Source: Octopus bimaculoides (lineage: Eukaryota). Taken from it: a DNA stretch of 52,433 bases. Below are positions 37,050 through 48,800 of this stretch, piece by piece. Numbering within the stretch: the first letter of the stretch is position 1; each line of letters begins with the position of its first letter. The translations under genes were made by a program, and so were the position numbers. The notes under the pieces were generated by a model. It did no database searches and was not told the origin of the DNA. It saw nothing but the letters and a program-made list of their open reading frames with translations. The stretch is taken from positions 142,829,322-142,881,754 of the forward strand of contig NC_068982.1 in assembly GCF_001194135.2 (NCBI RefSeq), written 5' to 3'.

Positions 37050-37205
37050 ATACACGTCGCACAGTATACAATATCGTGATGTCGATTGAAGGTATTGTGT
37101 GTACCGGGGGTTTGTACTGTTTCTTAAGTCACAACAAGGACCTCAGACGGACAGTACTTTGCGCAATATGTGTGCAATTCCAAGTAATGTCGATGTTTCC
37201 AGATG
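37050..37205 (-). mobile_element. R4/Dong-like non-LTR retrotransposon, extreme 3' fragment
   Basis: Minus strand reads HLETSTLLGIAHILRKVLSV*, matching the LLGTAxILRxxL terminus of R4/Dong/Rex6-type ORFs; about 90 nt of 3' UTR then runs into (ACA)n(ATA)n. Confidence 0.6.
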
Positions 37206-37398
37206 TTTTTTTTTGTTTGTTTTTTTGAGGTTGGGTGGTTTTTTACCCAATGCTGCGATGAGAACAGAGACTAACTTTATTTTGACTCTCGAAGCTGCTA
37301 CATTTTGGTGATCTCGATATTCAGGTCTCCATATTTATCAATATTTTTCTTTCATGATAATATATTGATCTCCTGCCACTTGTTTGTCCCTCCTACAG

Positions 37399-37400
<2 letters not shown>

Positions 37401-37466
<66 letters not shown>
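37401..37466. repeat. (TAT)n microsatellite
   Basis: Direct. Confidence 0.97.
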
Positions 37467-37654
37467 GTTGTTGTTTTTTTTCTTCTTTCCTCAAATTTTT
37501 CTTCCATTTCTCGCCGAGTGTTTTCCGTACACCTAGGGCAGAGAAGCCCTAAATGTATAAAATAGAGAACCAGTCAAATTCTGGCGTACTTTATATCGAC
37601 TGACATCTCTTTAAAATTTTCTGGATTTGTACCTAAATTAGAAAACATTTTAAA

Positions 37655-38684
37655 GATGGCGAATTAGCGGCGAAAGCACTAGAGATTTGAGAAATAGCTT
37701 CCCGTATGTGTACTGATATTTTATGCTCTGGGCTGAAATCCTGCTGAAGCCAACTTTGCTTTTTAAGCTCCCTAGGCCGAAAAATAAGTACCGGTCATGT
37801 TCTGGGATCAATGTTATCAACAAACGCCTTTCCTTCATAATTGATGGCTATTATTACTATTAGCAGTAAGGCGGCAAGCTCGCAGAATGGTTAACACGCC
37901 GGGTGAAATACTTAGCGGTATTTCGCCCTGTCGCTACGTTCTGGGTTCAAATTCCGCCGAGGTTGACTTTACCTTTCACTCTTTCGGGATCGGTAAATTT
38001 AGTACCAGTGAAACACTGGGATCGATGTAATTGACTAGTCCCTTACAAAAATTTGAAGCCGTGTGCCTATAATAGAAAGTAATGCGGAAAGCTGTCAGAA
38101 TCGTTAGCACACCGGGTAAAATGCTCAACAGTATTTCGCCCGTCCTTATGTTCAGAACTCAAATTCCGCAGGGTTTTATTTCACATTTTATCCTTTTGGG
38201 GTCGATAAAGTGAGTAACAGTTGAGCACTGGAGTTGATGTAATCGATTTAGCTTCTCCCCAAACACTCTGCCCTTGCGCCAATATTTGAAACCGTGTGTC
38301 TATGTTGTCCCCCACCGTTACTTGTCAACCGGCGATGGTGTGTTTACGCCCCCGTAAACTAGCGTTTCGGCAAAAGAGACCAATAGAATAAGTACTAGGC
38401 TTATAAAGAATATGTCCCGGGGTCGATTTGTTCGACTAAAGGCGGTGCTCCATTATGGCCGCAGTCAAAATGACTGAAACAGGTGAAAGATAAAAAAAGG
38501 GAGTAGTAAGGCGACTTGCTAGAAGATTTATCAGCTAACCAGGCAAAATACTGAGCGATATTTCGTCCGGCTTTACTCTCTGGAGATCGATAATATCAGC
38601 ACCAATTGCTGACGAGGGTCAATGTAATCGACTTCCGCCCCCCATTCATTAAAACCGATAGTCTTGTGCCAAAAATTTTAAACC
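37655..38684 (+). mobile_element. Tandem cluster of five SINE copies (B: 37655-37845, 37867-38079, 38080-38293, 38507-38684; A 3' half: 38294-38490)
   Basis: Repeated taaggcggc-type heads and central gtaccag...gatgtaatcgact blocks, all on the plus strand. Confidence 0.85.
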
Positions 38685-38711
38685 ATTATTAGTAGGATGA
38701 GGAAGCGAAGA

Positions 38712-38775
38712 ATGTTGAGGCGTTACATGAAGGATGTCGAGGAGTTACATGAAGGATGTTCAGGAGCCACATGAA
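38712..38775. repeat. 22-bp tandem repeat x3 (atgttgaggagttacatgaagg-like)
   Basis: Direct: units start at 38712, 38734 and 38756. Confidence 0.85.
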
Positions 38776-39273
38776 AGGAGAAAATGATGTTAGAGATAGC
38801 TATGTTTTTGCGAAGGTTATGCCATATTCTGGTCAATATTACATTAATATCATCCGCGATATCCTTTCTGTTGTGTTAATTCGTTTATTTTTTTTAACTT
38901 CAAAATTATAGTTGTTGTCCCACATCCGAGTACCAAACATTGATTTAGAAGTATCCACCGTTTAAACGAATTACACATAAAAATGAATCTATTGTGTCTT
39001 CTTTAGAAAAATAAGTTTGATCATAGGTAAACCATAAATGTTATTGTGTTCAATATTCTCCTATTGTATAAACGACCTTTTACTGAAAATTAAGCATATG
39101 TACGCCAAACGGGAAATTGAATTACATTCTGTCTCCGTCTGTACAGTTCTTGTGCTATATATTTATTTACTTCATTCATATTGAACGGCTCACATAACTG
39201 GAGGACTAGCCGCAAGATAGTAGTATATTATTTATGTGTATTTGTATAGATGTATGTGTAATTGTGTGTGTGT

Positions 39274-39313
<40 letters not shown>

Positions 39314-39388
39314 ATGGGTATGTGTGTGTGCTTGTACATATATAAATATATGGTTACGTATGTACGTACACATATATGTATTTAATGC

Positions 39389-39419
<31 letters not shown>

Positions 39420-39858
39420 CACACTCGAACTCAATTACACAGAAATTGCTTGGTCGATATGATTGGTTGATCGTCGAAATAAATATATCGATGTATATGT
39501 ATACATACACATATTATGTGTGTGTATGTATGCGTATGTATGTATTATGTATTTATGTCTGTAAAGTGTGAGACAAACTGACAGACATACAGAAATTGGT
39601 AGATTTTAACACGTGTTTTGTGGTAGTTTTTTATTGTTATCTTTATTCCAGTCAATTTATGAATGAAGTAAACAGGCAAATTATCTGAAGGGTGATTCTT
39701 TAATTAATTTAATAAAAATTTACTGATAAAGTATGTTATCAATAAATGTTTCTGAACGTCATTCACTATAGTTACTAAAGCCAGTTCGCAGATGCGTTCT
39801 GTTGTACGTAACCGAAACAGAGATAAGATCCCAGATATTTTAAAGAAATGGCATTATA

Positions 39859-40070
39859 CAGGGTGTCCACAAAGACTGGGTACATGGGGATTAACATATA
39901 CTTTAAGAAATTATTATTTCTTATATCTAGTTGTTTATGTTATGATTTTATTTACTCCATGTACCCACATAGGGATTAACATATACTTTAAGAAATTATT
40001 ATTACTTATGTTTAATTGTTTATGTTATGATTTTATCTACTCCATGTACCTAGACCTTGTGGGTACCCTG
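39859..40070. mobile_element. Tc1/mariner-type MITE, 212 bp, TA TSD, internal 85-bp tandem duplication
   Basis: 29-bp TIRs 24/29 identical (cagggtgtccacaaagactgggtacatgg); TA on both sides; internal units 39882-39965 and 39967-40050. Confidence 0.88.
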
Positions 40071-40430
40071 TATAGACGTCAGAAAGATCCGGCTTAAAAG
40101 TCTGTTATTCAAAATATGTTTTGTGTAATGCGTGAAATTTAATTATTTCTTTTATTGTCTGTCTTTAATTATTTCGTAGTTCTTTTAGAAAATCTCACTG
40201 TTTCATGAGGTGAATACATTTATAAATGAAAAATATTCTTTGGAGTACAATAGAAACCTAACAATTTTTTGGTGTTTTAGATATTTTCTCGTTTGTTTTG
40301 TCATGGCTTAATCACATGACGAATGCATGGTCTATGTCCCCTTTCGGGCCCAGTGAACTTGATCAGAAGAAAAGACGTTAGCCTCAGATTTGAGAACTGA
40401 GGGTAAAATTATATGGCTGTGTTATTTTTT

Positions 40431-40556
40431 TTTAACTCTGCCAAGGAGGTTTTTGCCGGCGTTGGCTTGGGAAATTGGACGATTTTCAGCATGCGTGTAT
40501 ATGGGTGGAAATGAGCTGTTCGGCGGAGGTCTGCGCTCTCCGAGTGTTTTCTGGGT
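40431..40556 (+). mobile_element. Helentron-type non-autonomous mini-element (HINE/DINE-like)
   Basis: Asymmetric subterminal inverted repeat taactctgccaa ... tcggcggaggt, followed by a 3' hairpin gcgctc-tcc-gagtgt and a T-rich end; sits in a T run. Confidence 0.55.
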
Positions 40557-40623
40557 TTTTTTTTCTTTCTTCGCAGCACTGTGTGTTTTGGAGATAGACG
40601 TATAGACTAACGTTCACCGTTTC

Positions 40624-41620
40624 TCACAGATTTACAGTGAAACAACCATGAATTATTAAATTCACTTTCCCTATTTTAGCAACTGGTGTTGAGTGAAATG
40701 TCTAGAATTACATGACTTCATTCAAACCACATATTACTGCCTGTTAGGAAAGGCATTAAACTGCATCTGGTGGTGAGTTCCCAGCTCATGAAATCAGAGG
40801 TTTTGATAAGTATAAAATTACCCCTTAGTCTCCACTACCTAAGTGTGGAAGTATCTGGAAATTACACCAGTTGTGGGTCAGATAAAAGATGCTAAGACAG
40901 GGACGTCTCGGAGTTGGACTGACTCCTAGGCATCTACTACACAACCCTGCTCGTGCGTGGACATTCTCTGATGTCACGTAAACCAGTGTGCTTAAATAAG
41001 GGTTAAATAGGTCCTGAGCCTGAAAAGTATGGTCGGGAGAGCTGGACACTAGCAGAGTATACTGTAGATAAATCGGAAGAAGGCAAAGGGAATTAGTGTT
41101 GTATCTTCCCCGTCCATTCATTATCGCCGACAACGATCGAGATGGCAACAGAAGAGTGTGTGTGGGGGGGTGAGAAAGAGAGAGAGAGAGAGAGAGAGAA
41201 GTGAGAGAGAAGGTGAGAGAGAAGGCACTCGACACCAGAGCTGAAGACACCTCCGTAAGGGGGGGTGCCACGTCAAAACGGTAGAGGAGTAGGGGTCGAA
41301 ACCGGACGTGGTTCCTCCGGATGATGTATTGAGCTAACTGGATCCTATAAAGGAGCTGTTGTGGTAGCAGACCACGAAACATGGTTGAAATTCCTTTCCT
41401 GTGTGTCACTGTGTACTAGAAACGCTATCATATTCATAGGAACCTGAAGAAGAGTGAAAACAACTGTGAATTCGTTTCTTCCAACCGGCAGTGATATGTG
41501 GTTTGAGTGAAGTTATTTAATTCTAGACAATTCACTCAACACCAGTTGCTAAAAGAGTGAAAGTGTATTTCTTCGTATATGATTTAATAATTTACGGTTG
41601 ATTTCCTGTAATTCAGTGAT
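40624..41620. mobile_element. Unclassified ~1-kb fold-back element with ~125-140-bp inverted arms
   Basis: 40663-40750 is about 90% identical by eye to the reverse complement of 41479-41565, with weaker pairing out to about 40624/41620. The interior is GC-richer than the flanks. Confidence 0.75.
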
Positions 41621-42241
41621 GACTAACATCTCTTTTACGCATGACATGAAAATAGAAGAGATTTAGATTAGACGTTTCGTGAAACGAAATACATTCACAG
41701 TAGATAGAAGGCTAATTAATATCCGGGTGGCCTTAGTCTTATCGACACATTTGTGTGAAAAAATTACAATAAAAATAAAGACAAATCAAGTTGTATCTCC
41801 ATACGTCCATGATATTCAACCCAGCGATCTTCTCCTATAACTTCACTAGTATCTATCGTTATTCGGTGGTTTACTTCAGTTGACTTCTAAATACATATGT
41901 TAACATCTAATTATCTCTAGCATCTGATAGCTAAATATACTTATTTTCATCGTATCATCTACCTCAAAGGACTTCTAAAGATATCCGTTGTCAGTTAAAT
42001 ATATCTAGTTTACACTTAATCACATATGAATCCTACTGGTGTCAGTTGGATATATTGATTTCTGACATTGAAAACTCGATAAATGTTAAAGGAGAAAAGG
42101 TAAAAAAAAAAAAAAAGCCAATTGTATTGATCTCTCTCTCTGTTACTGAAAGGCAAATTTGACCCTGGTTGTATTTTAGCTCAAAAATCCAGAGGGACGA
42201 AATTGAAATAGTGCCATTTGCTAAATTTAGGGATATACATC

Positions 42242-42297
<56 letters not shown>

Positions 42298-43270
42298 NNN
42301 NNNNNNNNNNNNNNNNNNNNNNNNNNNNNNNNNNNNNNNNNNNNNNNNNNNNNNNNNNNNNNNNNNNNNNNNNNNNNNNNNNNNNNNNNNNNNNNNNNNN
42401 NNNNNNNNNNNNNNNNNNNNNNNNNNNNNNNNNNNNNNNNNNNNNNNNNNNNNNNNNNNNNNNNNNNNNNNNNNNNNNNNNNNNNNNNNNNNNNNNNNNN
42501 NNNNNNNNNNNNNNNNNNNNNNNNNNNNNNNNNNNNNNNNNNNNNNNNNNNNNNNNNNNNNNNNNNNNNNNNNNNNNNNNNNNNNNNNNNNNNNNNNNNN
42601 NNNNNNNNNNNNNNNNNNNNNNNNNNNNNNNNNNNNNNNNNNNNNNNNNNNNNNNNNNNNNNNNNNNNNNNNNNNNNNNNNNNNNNNNNNNNNNNNNNNN
42701 NNNNNNNNNNNNNNNNNNNNNNNNNNNNNNNNNNNNNNNNNNNNNNNNNNNNNNNNNNNNNNNNNNNNNNNNNNNNNNNNNNNNNNNNNNNNNNNNNNNN
42801 NNNNNNNNNNNNNNNNNNNNNNNNNNNNNNNNNNNNNNNNNNNNNNNNNNNNNNNNNNNNNNNNNNNNNNNNNNNNNNNNNNNNNNNNNNNNNNNNNNNN
42901 NNNNNNNNNNNNNNNNNNNNNNNNNNNNNNNNNNNNNNNNNNNNNNNNNNNNNNNNNNNNNNNNNNNNNNNNNNNNNNNNNNNNNNNNNNNNNNNNNNNN
43001 NNNNNNNNNNNNNNNNNNNNNNNNNNNNNNNNNNNNNNNNNNNNNNNNNNNNNNNNNNNNNNNNNNNNNNNNNNNNNNNNNNNNNNNNNNNNNNNNNNNN
43101 NNNNNNNNNNNNNNNNNNNNNNNNNNNNNNNNNNNNNNNNNNNNNNNNNNNNNNNNNNNNNNNNNNNNNNNNNNNNNNNNNNNNNNNNNNNNNNNNNNNN
43201 NNNNNNNNNNNNNNNNNNNNNNNNNNNNNNNNNNNNNNNNNNNNNNNNNNNNNNNNNNNNNNNNNNNNNA

Positions 43271-43935
43271 GAAGAACTCCATGCTGCCGATTAGGTCTTT
43301 TCTCTTGAATAGCTGTGTTGAGTCGTTCCATCTATTGAACATAGAGTTCCGCGTTGACCGTTTGGTTCCGTTCAAGCAATTCGTAATCGATAATCCCTTC
43401 CCAGTCCCACCACACGCACACCATCGTATTACGCGGATGAAGATCTTTTTCATGCACAGTGTCGCTTGTTTACCGGGGCTAAGCCATTCCTTACACTGCT
43501 CCATATTGATGTACGGGCATCATTTTTCGTAGCCAGTAACGATTCAGTAAAGAAATCGATGGCTCGTTGATCTTTGTTGTTGTCACTTAAAGCATGCGGA
43601 ACCGATGCTCCATACTTCTGAACCTTTCCCTATAGTAGTGTGGGACCATTCCATTCTCTCTGCCAGTTCCCTTGTCGTTTGACTAGAATTTTCGTGCAAA
43701 AGTTGGTTTAATCGCTCTTCATCGAACTCAACTCGACGGCCAGAACGAGGTGCGTTTTTGATGTCAAAATTTCCATTCTTAACTTGGCATACCAATCATG
43801 AGTGGTTCTTGCAGCTATGGCACCCTCTCCATACACAGCACAAATGTCGCGAGCAGCTTTTGCGGTCTCAGAACCTTGATTAAAAGCAAAAAGGAGGTGT
43901 CGAAAACGATCGTTTTCCTTAACTTGACATTCCAT
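43271..43935 (-). pseudogene. Mariner (DD34D-type) transposase pseudogene, N-terminal two-thirds; 3' part lost in gap
   Basis: MECQVKENDRFRHLLFAFNQGSETAKAARDICAVYGEGAI (HTH); PRSGRRVEFDEE; SVPHAL (WVPHxL motif); IVTGYEK*C (first catalytic D mutated); ETVNA-like QTVNAELYVQQMERLNTAIQEKRP. Frameshifts present. Confidence 0.92.
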
Positions 43936-44097
43936 TTTAATGATNNNNNNNNNNNNNNNNNNNNNNNNNNNNNNNNNNNNNNNNNNNNNNNNNNNNNNNN
44001 NNNNNNNNNNNNNNNNNNNNNNNNNNNNNNNNNNNNNNNNNNNNNNNNNNNNNNNNNNNNNNNNNNNNNNNNNNNNNNNNNNNTATATATATATATA

Positions 44098-44125
44098 TCT
44101 GGTTGGCAACTAAGTTCCCGCCGTC
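44098..44125 (+). repeat. Unpaired mariner-type TIR after (TA)n
   Basis: TA|tctggttggcaactaagttcccgccgt resembles mariner TIRs (ttaggttgg...aagtaattgcgg type). Confidence 0.55.
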
Positions 44126-45239
44126 TTTCACTCATATATGGGGCACCATAGCCCACTCTAGAAAAGAGATATTATTGTTGGAGACATATCCGGTTATAGG
44201 AGGTTGGTCCGGGATTTTTTGAAGAAATTTTTCCAGTGAACGTTTGAATTTTATTGGACGCGTTTCCGTTTTGACGTATTTTGGTATAGTATTAAACAGT
44301 GCTGGATCAGTTGAGGTAAAGTAATTGTGACGTAATGTTGTTATGTGTACTGTGTTCGATTTTTGTAGTGGGCGGATAGCACGGGGATCAAATCTTGGAT
44401 GAATTTTTTTTAATTTTTAACCTAGATCCAAGGCTCCTTCATTGGAATTTCAACATGAACAACAGGGTAGTCTTTGTATGCATGTATGTATGTATATGTG
44501 CAGATTTGTATTTTTTTATATACGTATTCTCACACATATACTTGCATATCTAGACATGCTCATATATATTTAAATGATAAACTTCTGGAATGTTTTACAG
44601 ATTTTTACAGTTCCAGTGATGGATTGGATTTGTAGTCTTCGAACTAATTTTCCCTTTTCTGGTTTTGAGTATCCTAATTTCTCAAGATTGCTGTTTAGGC
44701 TCTGTGTGTGTGTATGTATGTATGTATGTATGTATGTATGTATGTATGTATGTATGTATGTATGTATGTATTAGCAGGCTCTGTAACTAATATTAATTAT
44801 ACACATCCAGCTTATCTTGAATATATTGTTTTGAATGCTGTACTTTGCAGTGATCGTCCTGGAAAATTTTCTCGTATATAGATTAGGTGCTATAAGAAGC
44901 ACAGATTTTATCGGTGCGCCGCTAAAAACTAATTTATACTCAGTCAGCCAACATATTTCGACGTTTCTCTCTGTTTAGTCAGCATTAAATTATATAGGTG
45001 TGAACGATTTTCGATTTGGTATTCAGCGGTAGGTTACCTGTAAATTGCGCTGAAATCACGTCATACAATTTTGCCATCCACTGACACTGACAATATTCCG
45101 ACTTTCGATATAACCTGTTTTTTTGTTTTTTTTTTTGCACTCAACGTCAATGTGAGATGATTTATCAGGACGGTTACCGCAACCTATGACGTTCAAAACG
45201 ATACATCTAAGTTGAGTTCGATGTGTAAATTAACAGATA

Positions 45240-45272
45240 AACACACAAACACACACACAAGCACACACACAT

Positions 45273-45347
<75 letters not shown>
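45240..45347. repeat. (CA)n microsatellite
   Basis: Direct. Confidence 0.95.
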
Positions 45348-45350
<3 letters not shown>

Positions 45351-46467
45351 GGCTGAGACCAGTCTTATCTGCCGTACATAACATACCACATCGTTGTAAT
45401 ATTGACATGGATATTCACTTTGTTCTTAAGTCTGAGTTCTCTTTTGATTAAACAGACTTATGATGAAATGCATTTAAGCAATGACTGACACCATGTTTCT
45501 AAATAAAAAAAACTCCATTGCTTACTTATATCATTCATTATTTTAAACGGTAAAGTGTGATTTCAGAGAGAGTTGGTTGTTATATCCGTAAAAATAAACG
45601 TTAGCGTACAAACATTATGGGTGAGATGGGACTTTCCTTTTGTAAATTCCCTTCTTTCGTCCGTCCATTCGATCAGTATTGAAGATTAAAGTTGTAATTC
45701 GTTACAAATTAGTTTGGTAAGTATACAAAGCATACGCTATGTGTAATAGATTTCAAGAGAGTATAAACACTGTTATAGCTTATTTACATTTCTTTGTTTC
45801 TTTTGTATGTAACATCATTTGTTCTCGTCGTAAAGTACCGCTGAACAAGAGATAAAATCCCGTTAAGACGAAACTACTCCATCATTGAATTACTCGTTTG
45901 ACGTCATTTTGAATTATGCGTGGAAATGGCATGAGAGTTTACAATAGCAGATTCAAAGCATAGGGCCTGTGTGCCTAGTCTACAGAAACCGATAATATCT
46001 TTATCACATTAAATAACAAAACCAAAAGTAGATTTTAATAGGTTTTATTTTCCAACCACTTTTATATCTAAGATGTAACCTCTTTGCTTTAAACAATCGA
46101 TTCTTCCCCATTGATGTTTTATAAAGTATATTTAATGATATTTCGCAATTTATTTGAAGTGACCATAATCACACTGTCAAATTGTTTATTGTAGTTATTT
46201 CACTTCTTAAAGAAATGCGAGAACTTTTACTATGTTCCACTGATTTCCTTTCTTTCTATAAATCTGAAACGCTTTGTGTGTTAAGTAGAAATTAAAATGT
46301 TACCATTGTTTCTGAGTGAGAATCTCTCACAAGCCATCGACTTCTCAATTTATCCCACTGAGATCTGTCAAATAAACAATGTGAAACTACAGAAGTTAAA
46401 ATAATTCATCGCACACAAACTCGTTGCACAATTAAAATCATATTTGGAACGAAACATTGTTCTATTC

Positions 46468-46498
<31 letters not shown>

Positions 46499-47170
46499 NN
46501 NNNNNNNNNNNNNNNNNNNNNNNNNNNNNNNNNNNNNNNNNNNNNNNNNNNNNNNNNNNNNNNNNNNNNNNNNNNNNNNNNNNNNNNNNNNNNNNNNNNN
46601 NNNNNNNNNNNNNNNNNNNNNNNNNNNNNNNNNNNNNNNNNNNNNNNNNNNNNNNNNNNNNNNNNNNNNNNNNNNNNNNNNNNNNNNNNNNNNNNNNNNN
46701 NNNNNNNNNNNNNNNNNNNNNNNNNNNNNNNNNNNNNNNNNNNNNNNNNNNNNNNNNNNNNNNNNNNNNNNNNNNNNNNNNNNNNNNNNNNNNNNNNNNN
46801 NNNNNNNNNNNNNNNNNNNNNNNNNNNNNNNNNNNNNNNNNNNNNNNNNNNNNNNNNNNNNNNNNNNNNNNNNNNNNNNNNNNNNNNNNNNNNNNNNNNN
46901 NNNNNNNNNNNNNNNNNNNNNNNNNNNNNNNNNNNNNNNNNNNNNNNNNNNNNNNNNNNNNNNNNNNNNNNNNNNNNNNNNNNNNNNNNNNNNNNNNNNN
47001 NNNNNNNNNNNNNNNNNNNNNNNNNNNNNNNNNNNNNNNNNNNNNNNNNNNNNNNNNNNNNNNNNNNNNNNNNNNNNNNNNNNNNNNNNNNNNNNNNNNN
47101 NNNNNNNNNNNNNNNNNNNNNNNNNNNNNNNNNNNNNNNNNNNNNNNNNNNNNNNNNNNNNNNNNNNNNN

Positions 47171-47250
<80 letters not shown>
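47171..47250. repeat. (GATA)n microsatellite
   Basis: Direct; another (GATA)n lies at about 32510-32575. Confidence 0.97.
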
Positions 47251-47251
<1 letters not shown>

Positions 47252-47739
47252 AATACATTGTAGTGGTATATAAAGATATACTTACACACACACACACACT
47301 CGTTCACTTATGTGTTCCAGCCCAAATGTTGTTCCATGCTGAGGCACCGCCATTTTCATCAGCTTCCAATGACCGTTCTTATGTAGTTGGCTTTCAATGA
47401 ATGAAAGATTTTGAAGTTGCTGTCGTCATTAAATTTCTAACCGTGATAAGGGCTCATCAGAGATCTTAGGCAATTGAAGGTCAAGGTGTTTCACAGGAAC
47501 ATCTACCACAACTCTATCTTCTCTTCAGACATCTGATTCAGTGTAAGTGTTCTAGAATCAGATGTGGGACCTAAAAGAATGACAATTTTCGAGTGAATAT
47601 TAAAGAGGAGTGATGGACAAGTATCATAGAAATAAGGAAAACATTTAAAGGATCTCATATAGAGGACTGTTAATACGCCATAAACATAATTTACACCTTA
47701 TACACGCTTTCTTTACACCTACAATTGTTTGACCACCCT

Positions 47740-48800
47740 TTTTCAGTTTTGGACGCCGGTAGCGCAGGGCTTGGAATTTTTGAGCATTAAACTGCATATT
47801 ATTATCCTTAGCTCATCTGTAAATTGATTCCAACTCCTGTTGCAGATGTGCAACATTGCTGAGGTTCTGTATTTCCTGCGAAACTTTCGTATCATCTGCG
47901 TAGCAGCAACTGCGACTATCCTGGCAGTTAAGCTTATATCTGAGAGGGCCACTGTGAAAAGCAGTGCTCCTAATACAGTGCCTTGTGTAAAAGTGCTCTC
48001 TATTTGTGTTTTCAATGAGGTGGCGCCATTGAAACCAATCTCCAAGTTTTCCAAGATCATGCAGTTTGTGGCATATCATACCATGGCCACTTTATCGAAG
48101 GCTTTTGCAAAATCAACCGATATTACGTCCATATTTGAGTTGCTGAGTAACTGCCTCAACACCCAGTCATAATATTGTAAGAGCTGGATTAGGCAGCTCC
48201 TACCTTGTCGAAAGCCATGCTGGGTATCACTCAGCAAGTTATTTTCTTCGAGGAATGCGATTAGTTTCCCTCTGACTATCTGTTCCATGACTTTACTGGT
48301 GTGTGAAGTCAGACAGATAGGTATATAATTTTTGGCATCTCCCCTTTTATGGATTGGGCATATTATTCCCTCCTTCAGCTTGCTTGGCAGCCTGCCATTT
48401 GCAAGAAAGCTCTGGAAGAGAATCTGGAGGACTTTTGCCAGGGCACGCTTACACGATTTGAGGAGGATTTCTGGGAAACCATCAGGACCAGCAGTTGAGA
48501 TTCCGTCCACCTCATCTGTGGCTAGTAGTATATCTTCTTCGCTAATGTCCATGTATTCCATCAAAACTGCCTCGCTGGTTATAGGTAGGCGGCAAAGAAA
48601 TCCACTGGTTCATTCACTTGTCTGTGTTCTAATGGGATGGTAAAGCCACTTTTCACACCTTTGAACTGGTCATTCAGTACCTCACTGATTCTGAGTGGGA
48701 ACCATCCATTTGGAAGAGAGGTGCTATATTGCAGTATAGTAAGGCTCTTTCTTTCGTATGATGAAAGAAGGCATTTGGGTTTGATTTAATGTTTTTTTTA
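47740..48800 (-). mobile_element. CR1-group LINE ORF2 fragment (reverse transcriptase), frameshifted
   Basis: KSNPNAFF..; TAGPDGFPEILLK; ICPIHKRGD.KNY.PICLTS; QHGFRQGRSCL; DFAKAFDKV; TQGTVLGALLF (PQGSVLGPLLF motif); YADD at 47891-47902. Confidence 0.92.

Noticed and set aside
5076-38684. tRNA genes
   Set aside because: All A/B-box sequences are SINE or PLE heads continuing into repeat bodies; none forms a complete cloverleaf by eye.
40825-41409. 194-aa minus-strand ORF inside the fold-back element
   Set aside because: It reads through a (CT)n tract in GC-richer DNA and has no transposase, RT or other motif.
33330-43935. SETMAR-like fusion between the post-SET candidate and the mariner transposase
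   Set aside because: They are on opposite strands, about 10 kb apart, and the transposase is frameshifted with a mutated catalytic residue.
16860-47500. Other isolated CTGATGA/CTGACGA/CTGAAGA heptamers (e.g. minus strand near 16890, 20410 and 47455; plus strand near 18655 and 19162)
   Set aside because: No paired stem II followed by GAAA and a UH site; expected by chance.
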